A DNA stretch of 64,000 nucleotides from Candidatus Omnitrophota bacterium (lineage in GTDB: Bacteria > Omnitrophota > Gorgyraeia > Pluralincolimonadales > Pluralincolimonadaceae). Position numbers and translations under genes: made by a program. Below are positions 63,448 through 64,000 of this stretch, in pieces. The stretch spans positions 5,659 to 69,658 of the forward strand of contig JAZDOX010000038.1 in assembly GCA_043798215.1 (NCBI GenBank). Reading direction: 5' to 3'. The notes below the pieces were generated by a model. That model searched no databases. It was not told the DNA's origin and worked only from the letters and a program-made list of their open reading frames with translations. Each line of letters starts with the position of its first letter. Positions within the stretch are counted from its first letter, which is position 1.

Positions 63448-64000
63448 TTATTTAATTTCTTTGAATATCTTTCCTGATTCATAGTCTATTTTTGGGGTCG
63501 TAATCTTAAAAAGAGCGGTAAAGATAAGGCTGCCGAAATAATCCTTATGCTTCATATACATAAAAAGGCGCTCGATTTGAGCGCCAAGGGTTACTTTAGT
63601 GGAAATTGTCGTCATACCCATTTCAAGTTTTTTCTTTCCTTCTGTAATCGATAGTTTAATGATCTCATACAGACTATTAAAATAAATTGAATAGCGTTTA
63701 TTGTATTCATAATCTACGCCTACAAACATTGGCCTTAAGGTATAATCATCAATCAAAACCAACATAAAACCTAATATTTGCATCTCTTTCTTTAGTAAAA
63801 TTACTTTTGCTTTTCCGTTTAAATAGAGGCTGATGTTTCGAAAGAAATCCTCAGTTAAAATTTCTCTGCGGTATTCCTTCGCGCGTTCATAAGTATTTCT
63901 CCATAACTTTAATAAATCAGGCGCTATATCGTCAAAATTCTCTTTGACTTCAACATGAATTCCATTATTAGAAGCTCGTCTAATATGTTTCTTTATGTTG
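63448..64000 (-). CDS. GNAT/FemAB-like acyltransferase, 5'-partial
   Basis: Frame stays open from 63783 to the window edge (…LWRNTYERAKEYRREILTEDFFR…); ILGFML, FVGVDY, IYFNSLY, LEMGMTT..K..LGA. Confidence 0.7.
   Translation of the reverse strand, partial: NIKKHIRRASNNGIHVEVKENFDDIAPDLLKLWRNTYERAKEYRREILTEDFFRNISLYLNGKAKVILLKKEMQILGFMLVLIDDYTLRPMFVGVDYEYNKRYSIYFNSLYEIIKLSITEGKKKLEMGMTTISTKVTLGAQIERLFMYMKHKDYFGSLIFTALFKITTPKIDYESGKIFKEIK

Overview
About 85% of the window is one giant minus-strand ORF that the supplied ORF track omits. It starts at ATG 54678 (SD GGGGGAG 7 nt upstream) and stays open past position 1, giving at least 18,226 codons (3'-truncated). I translated large parts by hand and found no in-frame stop; the many short plus-strand ORFs are its antisense shadows in a constant register. 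N- to C-terminal order: signal peptide, C39-like peptidase followed by a double-glycine-leader-like motif, LamG, CBM-GH5 mannanase-CBM, a long YD-like repeat region with inserted beta-sandwich modules, two Gly-rich hydrophobic segments, then a cargo-like string (divergent SecA-like ATPase, kinase-like, HPr-like, transglutaminase-like, processive GT2, degenerate plus intact GH5, sugar-1-P nucleotidyltransferase, type I phosphomannose isomerase, CheD/CNF1-like deamidase, SAM methyltransferase) punctuated by HExxH-like modules. Its leader has a sigma70 promoter, a short uORF, an ops-like motif and a terminator. The rest holds cinA-thpR convergent with pgpA-pgsA, a two-component cluster, a partial GNAT-like gene and nested REP/MITE-like palindromes. 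The style suggests a Candidatus Omnitrophota-type giant gene (inference). All domain calls come from motif reading, not HMM searches.
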